DNA of 64,000 bases from an uncultured Ectothiorhodospiraceae bacterium (GCA_947259415.1 CAMYMI010000013.1:487-64486), one strand, 5' to 3'. Shown: positions 9,655 through 21,568, counted from the stretch's first letter. Made by a program: numbers and translations. The notes: generated by a model not told the origin, from the sequence alone.

Positions 9655-10569
9655 TTACTCCCAGGGATCCTTATCCCGCGTTTCACCACCTGACGATTTC
9701 TCCGGCCGTTCGACGAGGTTCGTGACGGGCGGAATCGACCGCAGGTATTCGGCCATAGCCTCGAGGTCGGACCTGCCAATACGACTGAGACCCTCATCGA
9801 TTACCTCGGCCATCTCCCCCCCAGTGTAGTCCCCATCCGGTGTCGCCCCGGTCTGCAGAAAATACGCCAAATCACCCCGCGGCCAGCCGCCGATGCCAGT
9901 TAGCACGTCAGGTGTGATGTTCGGTACCGCCTCGCCGCCGGGGCCGCTGCGTGTGCCGGCAAAGCGCATCCCGGGATCGATCGCACCCAGGTGATTGCGC
10001 GGCGAATGGCACTCGGCACAGTGTCCCAGTGCCAGCACCAGGTATGCACCACGGTTCCACGACGTCAGTTTGCCCGAGTCCTCCTCGAACTCGCCTTTGT
10101 CGAAGTACATCAGTTTCCAGAACCACAGGAGCTGGCGAAACGAGAGATACCAGGGCAGGTCGTGCGAGCGGTTCGGGCTGGCAACGGGATCCAGGCTGAA
10201 CAGGTACTCCTTGATAGCGAGCATGTCCTCACGTCGCATGCGAGTGTAGCTGGTGTAGGGAAACGAAGGATAGTAATGACTACCGTCCGGCGCGACGCCC
10301 TCTCGCAGTGCGCGCACGAAGTCATCATCACTCCAGCCACCGATGCCATGCACGGGGTCCGGCGTGATATTGGGCGAGTAGAAGGTACCAAACGACGTTT
10401 TCAGGGCACGGCCGCCGGCCAGTGGGGGTCCATCGTTGTCCACGTCCGTGTGACAGGCGGCGCAGCCTGCGGCATACAAGATATACTCACCGCGAGTCGA
10501 CGTCTGCGCCGCGGTAGGCGCACGGATCACCATGGCGGCTAAACACACGCCCAGCAGGGCACGCCGCAC
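9655..10569 (-). CDS. Diheme cytochrome c (alcohol/gluconate dehydrogenase cytochrome-subunit-like)
   Basis: CAACH and CAECH heme motifs, two PNITPD repeats and a signal peptide. Start codon uncertain. Confidence 0.9.
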   Translation of the reverse strand: MRRALLGVCLAAMVIRAPTAAQTSTRGEYILYAAGCAACHTDVDNDGPPLAGGRALKTSFGTFYSPNITPDPVHGIGGWSDDDFVRALREGVAPDGSHYYPSFPYTSYTRMRREDMLAIKEYLFSLDPVASPNRSHDLPWYLSFRQLLWFWKLMYFDKGEFEEDSGKLTSWNRGAYLVLALGHCAECHSPRNHLGAIDPGMRFAGTRSGPGGEAVPNITPDVLTGIGGWPRGDLAYFLQTGATPDGDYTGGEMAEVIDEGLSRIGRSDLEAMAEYLRSIPPVTNLVERPEKSSGGETRDKDPWE

Positions 10570-10591
10570 TGCTGTTCCGACCAGCAGTGCG

Positions 10592-11080
10592 CTATTCCTT
10601 CTTCTCGCGGAAGTCCTTGTGGCAGCCCTTGCAGGATTCACCGACCCGCTTGAAGGCTAGTGGCAGCTCCTGCTTGTTGCCGGCTTGCACCACTTTAGCC
10701 AGCTCCTCGGTAGCATCTATGGTCGCCTGCGCCGCCTTATCGAACTCATCCGGCTTTTCGGCGATGGATGCGAGCGCCTCAGTGGCCACGGTCGCACCGG
10801 AAAACTCGACCTCGGGCGGTATGCTCTCGGCCGGGAACAGCGTGGTAATAGTCCGGGTAATGTCCCGCGCCGCTGTCGCATGCATCTCGAGCTGATCCAT
10901 CAGCGGGACCTGACCTCGCACCAGGCGATCAACGGCGCCCACGTGTCCGGCAAGAGACTTCATGACATTCTGCCGATACTTGATCATGCCATCAATGTTC
11001 ATCTCTGCGATCAGTGGTGGTGCAGAGATGGCCGTCAGCACAATCGCGGGAATCATTAGGCTTAAATGCAGTCTGTTCAT
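10592..11080 (-). CDS. Cytochrome c'/c556 (class II)
   Basis: Signal peptide, IKYRQ..M motif, C-terminal CKGCH and SD GGAGGAG. Confidence 0.9.
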   Translation of the reverse strand: MNRLHLSLMIPAIVLTAISAPPLIAEMNIDGMIKYRQNVMKSLAGHVGAVDRLVRGQVPLMDQLEMHATAARDITRTITTLFPAESIPPEVEFSGATVATEALASIAEKPDEFDKAAQATIDATEELAKVVQAGNKQELPLAFKRVGESCKGCHKDFREKKE

Positions 11081-11668
11081 GTACATCTCCTCCGTTTTTC
11101 TGGGACGCCCCATGCCCCATTGCATGTCGATCGGCATTCTCCCCCATCAATGCATTGATGAGGTCCAGGGCATGGGGACAAGATAGTGAAGTTGCGCTCG
11201 GCCTCGGCCTGCTTTGCGACGGCGCGAACCAAGCTCTCGTCCAGGTCCACATGCTCGATCTAAATAGTTAAGACCTTGTAACCCCACGAACAGTATAGAA
11301 GATATTGACGCCTGAGTCTGCCACGAGGGTTATTATTCAGGAAGGTCGGAGATCCGGCCTAAATCTGCTGTTAAACGTCCATCCTCTGGATGTCTTGTTT
11401 GCAGCAGGAGCCAGAAATTTCCATCACGCAATCACCACTTCCGAGAACGGCAAAGAGTTGTCATTGCTCTGAAAAGACCTGCGCATGCGAGGTTTCTTTG
11501 CGGTGTCATAAAGACACAGACTACCCGATTCAGATCCAACGCGAGGCCGATGCCTGCTCTTCAAGCAGGGACGATTGGGATTTTACAGACATGCGTATCC
11601 GAATGATCAGATGTCTAATGGAATCTTTGGTGTGTTGGGTATGAATACGCAGTGTGTCAAGCGACTGC

Positions 11669-13306
11669 CTACCTGATGACAAGCTGGCCATAGTCCAACC
11701 AGAGGTAATGTCCGGGTTGCATGAAATCAGTGTTGCCATCATCGGAGACAATCAATAATCGTTCCGATTCCTTCCCGCGGAAGACAGCAATTCCCTCAGC
11801 TTGCCCGAAGCTCCGGAGATCTGGAGCCAGTACCTCATACAGTTCGCCACCGGCCTGCTCCCGCCATAGCCATAAGCGGAATGGACCGTTCGGTTGTTGC
11901 GCGATCAGGAGGGAGCCACCCAGATGATGAACGTAGTCCATCCCACGGATGCCGCCACCGCCCAGATCAAGTAAATGGGGCTCGTCCGAGAAGACCGGCG
12001 CTGCTTGCTGATCAAACATGGCATTGGGGTTTTCAATGGTCACAATCACTGCTTTCCCGTCGATCAAAGGTGTCCTCAAGCCAATGTGGAGTCTGGACTT
12101 GCCCTGATCGAAGGATAGCCCTTCAATGTTGAATCCCCGGATGTCCCTGGCATCAGGGAATCGTTCGGCAGGTTCGAGAAAGCCGTATGCCTTCACCATC
12201 ATCGCCAGCAAGCCATCGAGAGAAGCGGCCTCGACAACCCGGCTACCATCGAATTTAATACGCAGCAGGCGCTCCCGTTCGGGGCTGCGTGTCCCGTCGC
12301 GCTTACGGGAATGGGACGTAAGCGCGTAGACGTAACCACGCCCGTCAGCAGCGAGGGCCTCCAGATCATCTGCATAATCTAAACCCTGGGCGATGAGCTC
12401 GGATTCCGGAATCCGCATCTCGCTGAGTGTCCCATCTGATCCTGGCGAAACGATGGAGAACGTCAGTCCCTCGTCTTCGGCAATTAGCAATCGTCCATCC
12501 GGAAGCTGCTGAACAGAGGATGGTTCGTATATCGCATTGAATGCGCGAGACTGCAACGTACCGGCAGTGGATGCCAGCTTTGCGGGATCGTCAATCGGCA
12601 AGAGGCTCAATGTTGGCTGGGTGGTATTCGCTTTAGACAGGATTAAAAATACGATAACGGTCGTGACCAATCCAAACAGGAAGATACTGTACGAAATTTT
12701 CAATCTCCTGAACTTGCGATCTACGGTAATGCCCAACCCATAGAGCGTGCGCGACATCTGACTGTAGATTTGTGATTGGTCGTTGTAAATCTTCTCCAGT
12801 GTGTGGGAGTATTCTTCTTTGCTCACCTTGGAAAAATTCTTGAAATAGAGCAGGTCGGCATCCCCGGACAGCATTTCCTCACGGGTTTGTCTGATGTCTT
12901 TCGCCCTTGGCTGAGCCGCCAGGATGGCGAATATCATGGCCCCGACAGAGGAGAGCAGAAAGATACCCATAGGGATCAGCAGCCACGGGCGCCAGCTCGC
13001 AACGAAACTACCGGCAAGTATCATCACTGTGAATGTCATGCTGGTGATGCTCAGCATGATGTTGGCTTTGCCGTCGGCCAGTGTTGTGAGGTCGAGTTGC
13101 AGGCGGTAGGCATTCCGAAATAATGTTTCGACCCCCCGCCCAAATTTTATGCCCGGGGTTTCGGAGTGCTTTTTTTCAGATTTATTCTTCCGTTTCTCTG
13201 GTCGTGGTTCTTGATTGTGCTTGCGTCCGCGCTTGCCCTCAACCTGGTTCTCCCTGGGAGATTCCTTCGACTCTGACAAAGGGGTGATTGTTGTTCTATT
13301 TTCCAT
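11669..13306 (-). CDS. Pycsar-effector-like TM domain (PycTM/DUF5706) fused to a DUF3616-like beta-propeller
   Basis: N-half: RGVETLFR...LADGKANIML, LLYF..F and Y.LG...RKF..LK.SY..F..G with 3 TM segments. C-half: YEPS, DDLEA, TSHSR, NIEGL, IGLRTP and LDLGGGGIR motifs. Confidence 0.75.
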   Translation of the reverse strand: MENRTTITPLSESKESPRENQVEGKRGRKHNQEPRPEKRKNKSEKKHSETPGIKFGRGVETLFRNAYRLQLDLTTLADGKANIMLSITSMTFTVMILAGSFVASWRPWLLIPMGIFLLSSVGAMIFAILAAQPRAKDIRQTREEMLSGDADLLYFKNFSKVSKEEYSHTLEKIYNDQSQIYSQMSRTLYGLGITVDRKFRRLKISYSIFLFGLVTTVIVFLILSKANTTQPTLSLLPIDDPAKLASTAGTLQSRAFNAIYEPSSVQQLPDGRLLIAEDEGLTFSIVSPGSDGTLSEMRIPESELIAQGLDYADDLEALAADGRGYVYALTSHSRKRDGTRSPERERLLRIKFDGSRVVEAASLDGLLAMMVKAYGFLEPAERFPDARDIRGFNIEGLSFDQGKSRLHIGLRTPLIDGKAVIVTIENPNAMFDQQAAPVFSDEPHLLDLGGGGIRGMDYVHHLGGSLLIAQQPNGPFRLWLWREQAGGELYEVLAPDLRSFGQAEGIAVFRGKESERLLIVSDDGNTDFMQPGHYLWLDYGQLVIR

Positions 13307-13554
13307 CTTTCACCGTTTCAGCTCAGCCTCGCGAGGATCTCCGCTCCATCGTTCTTCGGTGCGCCGTTTGATCCTCGGTATTCGAACGAGATTTGCGATA
13401 AAAATGAGTATGCAAAGGATAATCGCACTTTCCGTCAGTAATCAATAGCTCATTGACACGTGCTGATGAGCTAAAAGACCCATTACCAGCCCGATTCGTC
13501 TTGATTATCAAACTCGCAGGCAGGTCAGGTTTCAGCCAAATCGTAGCCTGTCCC

Positions 13555-13622
13555 AAAAAACCGGGGTCAGATCCCAGTTTCCACTAATATTAGAAGAAAC
13601 TGAGATCTGACCCCGGTTTTTT
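13555..13622. repeat. Long inverted repeat (GGGGTCAGA/TCTGACCCC REP type)
   Basis: aaaaaaccggggtcagatcccagtttc ... gaaactgagatctgaccccggtttttt. Confidence 0.8.
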
Positions 13623-13761
13623 GTTAAGGGACAATATAGTTGATTTTCCTGTCGCACTTATTAACTAAGGAATAGTATTTATTTGGAAATTGCACAAGAG
13701 GAGTGATCCAGTTTTTCAACTATTATCTTGCCAGCCTGGGACTGCTTTGCCAGGTGTAGAA

Positions 13762-13854
13762 GCCCGCTCCGGTGCAGTCACACTGATCCAGCGATTAGGA
13801 TCAGCGCTAAATCTGAATATCCATTTCCACATGTTGTTCCTGGACGGCGTCTAT
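13762..13854 (+). mobile_element. IS91/ISCR-family transposase fragment 1 (HUH motif)
   Basis: SGAVTLIQRLGSALNLNIHFHMLFLDGVY. Confidence 0.85.
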
Positions 13855-13956
13855 ATTGGAAACAATTCTTAACAATACATATGCAGATTATGCGTTAGTG
13901 GTTGCTTACAATGTCTACAGAATTATCGTTAACAGAACGAAACGGGAGAGACCGTA

Positions 13957-15132
13957 ATGAATGACATAATTAATAAAATAAACGATTTACTTGGACCGGC
14001 AGGCTCGAGCGCGCTTGGCCATGCATTAGTCGGCCTGGCGATTCTTGTCATTGGTCTTTTTGTCGTCAAGTTCATCGTCGGCATCTTCAGGCGCATGCTC
14101 AAAAAGGTCTCGATGCTGCATCGCACGAATGCTGACGGTTCAGTCACGGACCTGGCGACGCCGATTGCCTCGCTGATCAAGGCAGTATTGACCATCTTCG
14201 TACTGATGGCTGTCCTGCAACACTTCGGTCTGACTGACGTGCTGGAACCACTGAAGAATATGGTAAGCGAGTTCATGACAGCGGTACCCAACATTATCGG
14301 TGCCGGCGTCATCGGCTACGCGGGTTGGGTCATTGCGAAAATTGTTTCGCAGCTGGCAAGTGCGGGGCTGGGCAAGGTTGACGAGCAGCTCGCCGAACGT
14401 ACCGGAAACAGGGATATCAAGATTTCCAGGTTTGGCAGTGCACTTATTTTCGCCATCATCCTGCTTCCCATCATTGTGTCAGCACTCGGCGTTCTTAACA
14501 TTCCGGCGATCTCCGACCCGGCTTCCGCCATGATCCAGAAACTGATGGCCGCCGTGCCGAACATCATCGGCGCCGGTATCATCCTGATCGTGGTCTACTT
14601 TGCCGCGAAGTTCGTTGTCTACATCCTTGGTGGGCTTCTTGAGGGCGCGAACATCAATGCATTGCCTGAGAAAATGGCCATGCAAGGCCTGTTTACAACA
14701 ACATTTACTCCGACCCGCCTTGTCGGTGGTGCGATCATGTTTTTCTCGATGGTGGCTGCGGCGACTGCTGCGGTGAATATTCTTGGTATCGATATCATCA
14801 CCAAAGTGTTCGCCAGGGTCCTGGAATTCGGTGGCGGCCTGCTGGTTGGCGGCCTGATTCTGATTATCGGTAACTTCCTGAGCACCATCGCCTACGACAA
14901 ACTATCCGGCCACGGCAACACCGGTATAGCCAACATCGCACGCATTGCCATACTCGGCCTGGTGCTGGCGATGGGTCTGAAGGCAATGGGACTTGCCGAT
15001 AATATTGTGACCATGGCCTTTGGTTTCACGATCGGCAGTGTAGCGGTTGCCGCTGCCCTGGCCTTCGGTCTCGGTGGCAGGGATGCCGCCAAGGTGGTTG
15101 CCGACAAATGGGCGTCAAAAATCAACTCCTAG
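13957..15132 (+). CDS. CmpX/MscS-related membrane protein with TM_helix repeats
   Basis: Repeated VPNIIGAG..I segments and C-terminal ALAFGLGGRDAA. Confidence 0.8.
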   Translation: MNDIINKINDLLGPAGSSALGHALVGLAILVIGLFVVKFIVGIFRRMLKKVSMLHRTNADGSVTDLATPIASLIKAVLTIFVLMAVLQHFGLTDVLEPLKNMVSEFMTAVPNIIGAGVIGYAGWVIAKIVSQLASAGLGKVDEQLAERTGNRDIKISRFGSALIFAIILLPIIVSALGVLNIPAISDPASAMIQKLMAAVPNIIGAGIILIVVYFAAKFVVYILGGLLEGANINALPEKMAMQGLFTTTFTPTRLVGGAIMFFSMVAAATAAVNILGIDIITKVFARVLEFGGGLLVGGLILIIGNFLSTIAYDKLSGHGNTGIANIARIAILGLVLAMGLKAMGLADNIVTMAFGFTIGSVAVAAALAFGLGGRDAAKVVADKWASKINS

Positions 15133-15184
15133 GAGTAAACCAGTCATGGTGTCAGCGCACCATACTCCCTACTATTGGGAATAA

Positions 15185-15402
15185 TTGTGCACTGACATCA
15201 TTTATACGAATAAACCGCCGTCGTTCTTTTTCACCACCCTGCCGGATGGCCTGTGTAGCCGCCGCGATTTTCTGAAGCTGTTCGGTGCCGCTCTGGGCTT
15301 TAATGCCCTGAGCCCGGCCCTGCCCGGTTGCGGCGGTGGCGGGGGGTGCGCAGCGACCGCCGCGATACCCGTGGCCTCCGCGGAGTTTTCGGCCCTGAAA
15401 CG
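15185..15402 (+). pseudogene. Truncated gene for a Tat-exported (lipo)protein
   Basis: SRRDFLK twin-arginine motif, hydrophobic stretch and LPGC; interrupted by an IS91 fragment. Confidence 0.5.
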
Positions 15403-15462
15403 TACCAATCGCCGTATCGCGATGGCACCACACATGTGATCTTCGAGCACCTCGATTTCATC
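15403..15462 (+). mobile_element. IS91/ISCR-family transposase fragment 2
   Basis: YQSPYRDGTTHVIFEHLDFI. Confidence 0.8.
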
Positions 15463-15871
15463 GATGTGCATTACCTCCATTTCAAGGACTTCAATCAGCA
15501 TTTTGACGACGAGGCCAAGGCACGGCTTGCGGGTATGAAGGGCCGCATGTCCACCCGCATGGGGGCGGCCATGCGCCACGCGGGACAGTACCTGCTGAAG
15601 CAACCGGAGCGGCGCAAATTATTGCTGCTGGTCACCGACGGGGAGCCGGCGGATATCGACGAGCGTGATCCACAGCACCTGCGCCACGATACCAAGAAGG
15701 CGGTGGAGGAACTCTATACCAAATAAGGTGCCGACCTACTGTCTGACGCTGGATCCGAACGCCGATCAATACGTGAAGCGGATCTTTGGAGAGAAACACT
15801 ATACGATGATAGATCATGTGTAGCGCTTACCCGAACAATTGCCCATGCTGTTCGCAAACCTGACATCTTAA
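15463..15871 (+). pseudogene. cbbO: CbbO/NorD-family vWA protein, C-terminal remnant
   Basis: STRMGAAMRHAG..L...RKLLLLVTDGEPADID..DPQHLRHDTKKAVEEL, then a stop/frameshift, then TYCLTLDPNAD.YV.RIFG...IDHV*RLPEQLP.LF. Confidence 0.8.
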
Positions 15872-15945
15872 GCGGGCCTGCCACCATGTAGAAATGCCGT
15901 GACTCCCAGCGTTACGTTGGCATTCATAATGAAATCGACGGCAGC

Positions 15946-16200
15946 ATGACGGATACCGCCAAGATCTTCCGCGATGCCTGGGTGTTCGGTATCATTGAGG
16001 AAAGTGAAACCTGCGAGGATTGGCTTCCACAGGGAATCGAGGATCTCTGGAAGAAGGTAAACCTGGAGTGGGAAAAATACGGTTTCCTGGTGGGCAATCT
16101 CCCCGACGAGTTGCGAGAACGTTTTATGCGTATCCAGAACGAGGCGATGGAAAAGGCCAGGGCAGCGGACTGGAACCCGGATCTGGGTTATGATGATTAA
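15946..16200 (+). CDS. Conserved hypothetical protein (possibly 5'-truncated)
   Basis: RDAWVFGII..ETCE.W motif; the frame continues upstream of the ATG. Confidence 0.55.
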   Translation: MTDTAKIFRDAWVFGIIEESETCEDWLPQGIEDLWKKVNLEWEKYGFLVGNLPDELRERFMRIQNEAMEKARAADWNPDLGYDD

Positions 16201-16220
16201 GCAGGAATTCAATTGGATAG

Positions 16221-17864
<1,644 letters not shown>

Positions 17865-18340
17865 TCTGTAGCCCTTGGAGGAGATTCTTTATAGCGCGGC
17901 ACAACACTACAATTTTGCCAGAAAAAAATTATATTCATGTAATATATACAGGAAATATAATCCGCCTGTTCCCCAAGAGCCCAACTGAAAACCGCAACTC
18001 TCCATATTCCCCTGACTTCCTGCTCGGGAACCACCAGACCGGCAACTGGCCTATCGGGTTACCACAGCTATAGGGCTGAAGTTGGCACATTCCGTCGTAT
18101 AGGAACTACCCGGAGATAAACAACCCGTCGCTGTGATGAGGGATCTGAAGCAGCGTTGCGTCTCGCCTCCACCGGGTAGTGTCGATGACAGCAATGACAG
18201 CAACAAGATTGTGCCCTACGATGCACTTGCCAACCTCGTTCTGGTGAACATTATCCATTAATACATTGTCCTTACTTCCCTCTCAGACCAGTTTAGGTAT
18301 TATCCCTGAGTCAGTTAACCAATCAGAGGTTTCATAAGCA

Positions 18341-19099
18341 ATGGATCAGGTAGAAGTAATGAAAAAGCCTTCGCTGGCCCATGGATCGGACCCTGCCAGC
18401 CCTCCACAAACATACTCGACAGAATCTGATAGCTGCATCCCGCCCTACTTGAAAAATGCCTATTGGTGGGCCTATCTTCATCCAAGGGCAGTCCGATTTT
18501 TCGAACGCCAGTGGCTCATCAATCTGATTCTTTGGGGTAACTTTAACCGCCTGCGCGATACTGCGCTGGATGAACTGGGTTCTGTTATCACCGGTCGCCT
18601 CCTGCAGGTGGCATGTGTGTACGGCAATCTAACTGAGAGACTTGCTGTTCGCTTGGGGCCGGATGCACAACTGGACGTTGTGGACGTGGCCCGGGTCCAG
18701 TTGGCTAACACCCGGAAAAAAATCGGCATACAAGATAACGTAGTTCTGCATCAGCAGGATTCGGCCAGGCTTCGCTTCCCGGATGCGAGTTTCGACAATA
18801 CGCTCATGTTTTTCCTTCTGCACGAGCAGCCGGAGGGAGTACGACGCGCCACCATCGCAGAGGCCATCCGGGTAACCCGGAAGGGTGGTCGCATCGTGTT
18901 TGTGGATTACCATAGGCCGGGGCATTGGAACCCGATGCGCTATCTGATGACCGGCGTGTTCAAACTGTTTGAACCCTATGCCGAAAACTTCTGGAGCCGT
19001 GATATTCTGGAGTGGGCACCGCCTGGATTCACTCCCACAAGGGTGCATAAGCGAACATATTTCGGCCGACTGTATCAGAAGACCATACTATGTGTTTGA
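18341..19099 (+). CDS. rquA: Rhodoquinone biosynthesis protein RquA
   Basis: PPYL...YWWAYLHP, INLILWGN, LQVACVYG and FFLLHEQP signatures. Confidence 0.92.
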   Translation: MDQVEVMKKPSLAHGSDPASPPQTYSTESDSCIPPYLKNAYWWAYLHPRAVRFFERQWLINLILWGNFNRLRDTALDELGSVITGRLLQVACVYGNLTERLAVRLGPDAQLDVVDVARVQLANTRKKIGIQDNVVLHQQDSARLRFPDASFDNTLMFFLLHEQPEGVRRATIAEAIRVTRKGGRIVFVDYHRPGHWNPMRYLMTGVFKLFEPYAENFWSRDILEWAPPGFTPTRVHKRTYFGRLYQKTILCV

Positions 19100-19297
19100 T
19101 TATTGACGCTGAGCATTGGCAAGTGCCCGCTGTCAATATGAGTGTTTGAATTGACATCGCGTCACGATATTCCATTCGTGGCAGACAACAACCACGAGAA
19201 TGGCTTATAGGTTCGAAAAACAGGCGCGATAACAATCGGGGCTAGATTCAACAATGCACCATTGATATCGATAACCGAAGACATTGGAAGTTATATT

Positions 19298-20431
19298 ATG
19301 AGTATGCAGTGTGAATCGGCAGTGAAAAGAACCGGTAGTAAGGACATGGGGCTGTTCGAGCGTTTTCTCACGGTGTGGGTGTTCCTCTGCATTATTGCCG
19401 GTATTTCCCTGGGGCATTTTATCCCCGAATCATTTCAGCTCATCGGCAAAATGGAAGTGGCCAGGGTCAATCTGCCAGTGGCGGTACTTATCTGGATGAT
19501 GATTATCCCCATGCTGCTCAAGATCGATTTTCGTGCACTGCACCACGTCAAGGAACACTGGCGGGGTATCGGTGTTACGCTGTTCATCAACTGGGCCGTG
19601 AAACCCTTTTCCATGGCGCTGTTGGCCTGGTTATTTATACGCATTGCGTTCGCACCCTGGCTGCCGGCTGAACAGATCGATTCCTATATTGCCGGTCTTA
19701 TCATTCTGGCCGCTGCGCCCTGTACTGCAATGGTATTTGTATGGAGCCACTTGAGCGAAGGTGAGCCTCATTTTACGCTTACCCAGGTTGCACTCAACGA
19801 CGTCATCATGATCTTCGCCTTTGCTCCTGTAGTCGGCCTGTTGTTGGGGTTGTCTGCGATCGCTGTGCCCTGGGATACCTTGTTCCTTTCAGTTGTACTC
19901 TACATCGTGATCCCTGTGATTATCTCGCAATTGTGGAGGCGGCGCGTTATTGCCAGAGAACACGGTGTTGCCAGACTCGCACGTTTGATCAAGACACTGC
20001 ATCCTATTTCACTGGCAGCTTTGTTGGTAACATTGATCTTGCTGTTCGGGTTTCAGGGTGAGCAAATCATTGCTCACCCTCTGATAATACTGCTCTTGGC
20101 TGTACCGATTCTGATCCAGGTGTTTTTCAACTCGGGGCTGGCTTATCTGCTCAATCGCCGGATGCGTTCACCGCACTGTGTGGCTGGCCCTTCAGCACTC
20201 ATCGGTGCCAGTAACTTTTTTGAACTGGCAGTAGCAACCGCCATCGTACTTTTTGGTTTTGAATCCGGTGCCGCGCTGGCAACTGTTGTCGGTGTCCTGA
20301 TAGAGGTTCCGGTTATGCTGGTAGCGGTAAAAGTGGTCAACAGTACACGTGAATGGTATGAGCAGGCGCCGGGTGTTTTGCCGCACGCAGAATGTTGCCC
20401 GGCTGGTGTGCATCTTCATAAGCACCATTGA
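19298..20431 (+). CDS. acr3: ACR3-family arsenite efflux transporter
   Basis: FERFLTVWV, NWAVKPFSM, AAPCTAMVFVW, GASNFFELAVA and GVLIEVPVML. Confidence 0.95.
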   Translation: MSMQCESAVKRTGSKDMGLFERFLTVWVFLCIIAGISLGHFIPESFQLIGKMEVARVNLPVAVLIWMMIIPMLLKIDFRALHHVKEHWRGIGVTLFINWAVKPFSMALLAWLFIRIAFAPWLPAEQIDSYIAGLIILAAAPCTAMVFVWSHLSEGEPHFTLTQVALNDVIMIFAFAPVVGLLLGLSAIAVPWDTLFLSVVLYIVIPVIISQLWRRRVIAREHGVARLARLIKTLHPISLAALLVTLILLFGFQGEQIIAHPLIILLLAVPILIQVFFNSGLAYLLNRRMRSPHCVAGPSALIGASNFFELAVATAIVLFGFESGAALATVVGVLIEVPVMLVAVKVVNSTREWYEQAPGVLPHAECCPAGVHLHKHH

Positions 20432-20600
20432 GAGAACGGCATGTTTCACCGACCCCGGCCATTTTTATGGTAACCATCTGGATATTCTGCTAAATGGCAA
20501 CTTCTTGGCCGACGCAGTCATTCAGGCTCTAGTATTAAACGCATGCCAGCCTCTTTACAGGCTGTCGATGACCCGAGCTGGGCTGTGCTGCAGCCTCACC

Positions 20601-20945
20601 TTATAGCTCTGACTGGTTCCAGTTATTGAACGCCAACATCCAACTGGAAATATCTGGATACGCTTTGCCACGCGCCTGTAAATGGCTACCCAGTTCGATC
20701 ATGAGTTCCCGGAACTCCCGTATTTCCGCCTGCCAGGCCTGTTCGTCCATGCCCGGGTTGTCTGCCAGGGCCTGATTGGCGATGGAGCCGGCTCCGCCCC
20801 ACATGCGTTTGGAGTTCAGTTCCCGATAGAACCTGGCTTCATCCCTTCCACCGAGTTCGATCACTGACCCTATCCAGGCAGCGCTCTCTCCTGGATGTTT
20901 CCGCAGGATCTCATGAATACGCTGCAGAGTGGGCTGAACAGCCAC
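20601..20945 (-). CDS. Hypothetical protein
   Basis: 114-aa ORF with a WGGAGSIA motif, directly downstream of 20983..21279. Confidence 0.65.
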   Translation of the reverse strand: MAVQPTLQRIHEILRKHPGESAAWIGSVIELGGRDEARFYRELNSKRMWGGAGSIANQALADNPGMDEQAWQAEIREFRELMIELGSHLQARGKAYPDISSWMLAFNNWNQSEL

Positions 20946-20982
20946 CTTAAATTGGGCTCAAGAACACACCGCAACAGTCACA

Positions 20983-21279
20983 CTATTGAACCGCTAGTTC
21001 TGCGGTGATCATATTTTTTAGCATGTTTCTGCAGGTGGTCACCTTGCAGGTTCCACTGTGTCGGCAGCTGAGTTGCAGGTCACGGACCTGGTCATCCGCA
21101 ATATCCAGCATGCAAACAAGCGCAATCTCTTCCTTTTCGCGTTGCGATCGTGCCTGCTCGAGCAAGGTGACGGTCTGGCAACCTTCGACAAAGCGTTTGC
21201 GCGCGAAGAACGCGATCTGGTCGAAATCGTAATTCCCCAGGCACCCGGGGTTATGGCAGGTCATGATGTCGTACTCCAT
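20983..21279 (-). CDS. Small Cys-rich hypothetical protein
   Basis: CHNPGC and C-terminal CRHSGTC..TTC; preceded by an FNR-type promoter. Confidence 0.7.
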   Translation of the reverse strand: MEYDIMTCHNPGCLGNYDFDQIAFFARKRFVEGCQTVTLLEQARSQREKEEIALVCMLDIADDQVRDLQLSCRHSGTCKVTTCRNMLKNMITAELAVQ

Positions 21280-21318
21280 CTGATTTCCTAACAGCCGAAT
21301 ATCTGCTGACAATTGAAA

Positions 21319-21360
21319 AAACTAACCTGTTTAGACTACGGGCGCATTGATGTGGATCAA
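21319..21360 (-). promoter_or_regulatory. FNR box with class II promoter geometry
   Basis: Perfect TTGAT-GTGG-ATCAA (21347-21360). The minus-strand TAGTTT -10 at 21324-21319 puts the box centre at -41.5. Confidence 0.75.
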
Positions 21361-21568
21361 GCATGTGACCTGACTGTGTTTCAGATACACTACAAGACAG
21401 GTAATCAGCAGGACCCGAAGCACATGCACGACTGCAAAAACGGCGACACGGGATTCGACCACAGCTGAATATTAGGATTACATTAATTAGAAGAAGCTAA
21501 TAGGCCTGTCAGGCCGGTGTATGAATGTGCATGACAACTATCCACTATAGAATAAGTCACACACCATC

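Noticed and set aside
11669-13306. Complete Pycsar defence system
   Set aside because: No adjacent PycC cyclase; the effector-like domain is in a different fusion.
15328-15726. 132-aa ORF as a real gene
   Set aside because: It is a chimera of an IS91 fragment and a cbbO fragment.
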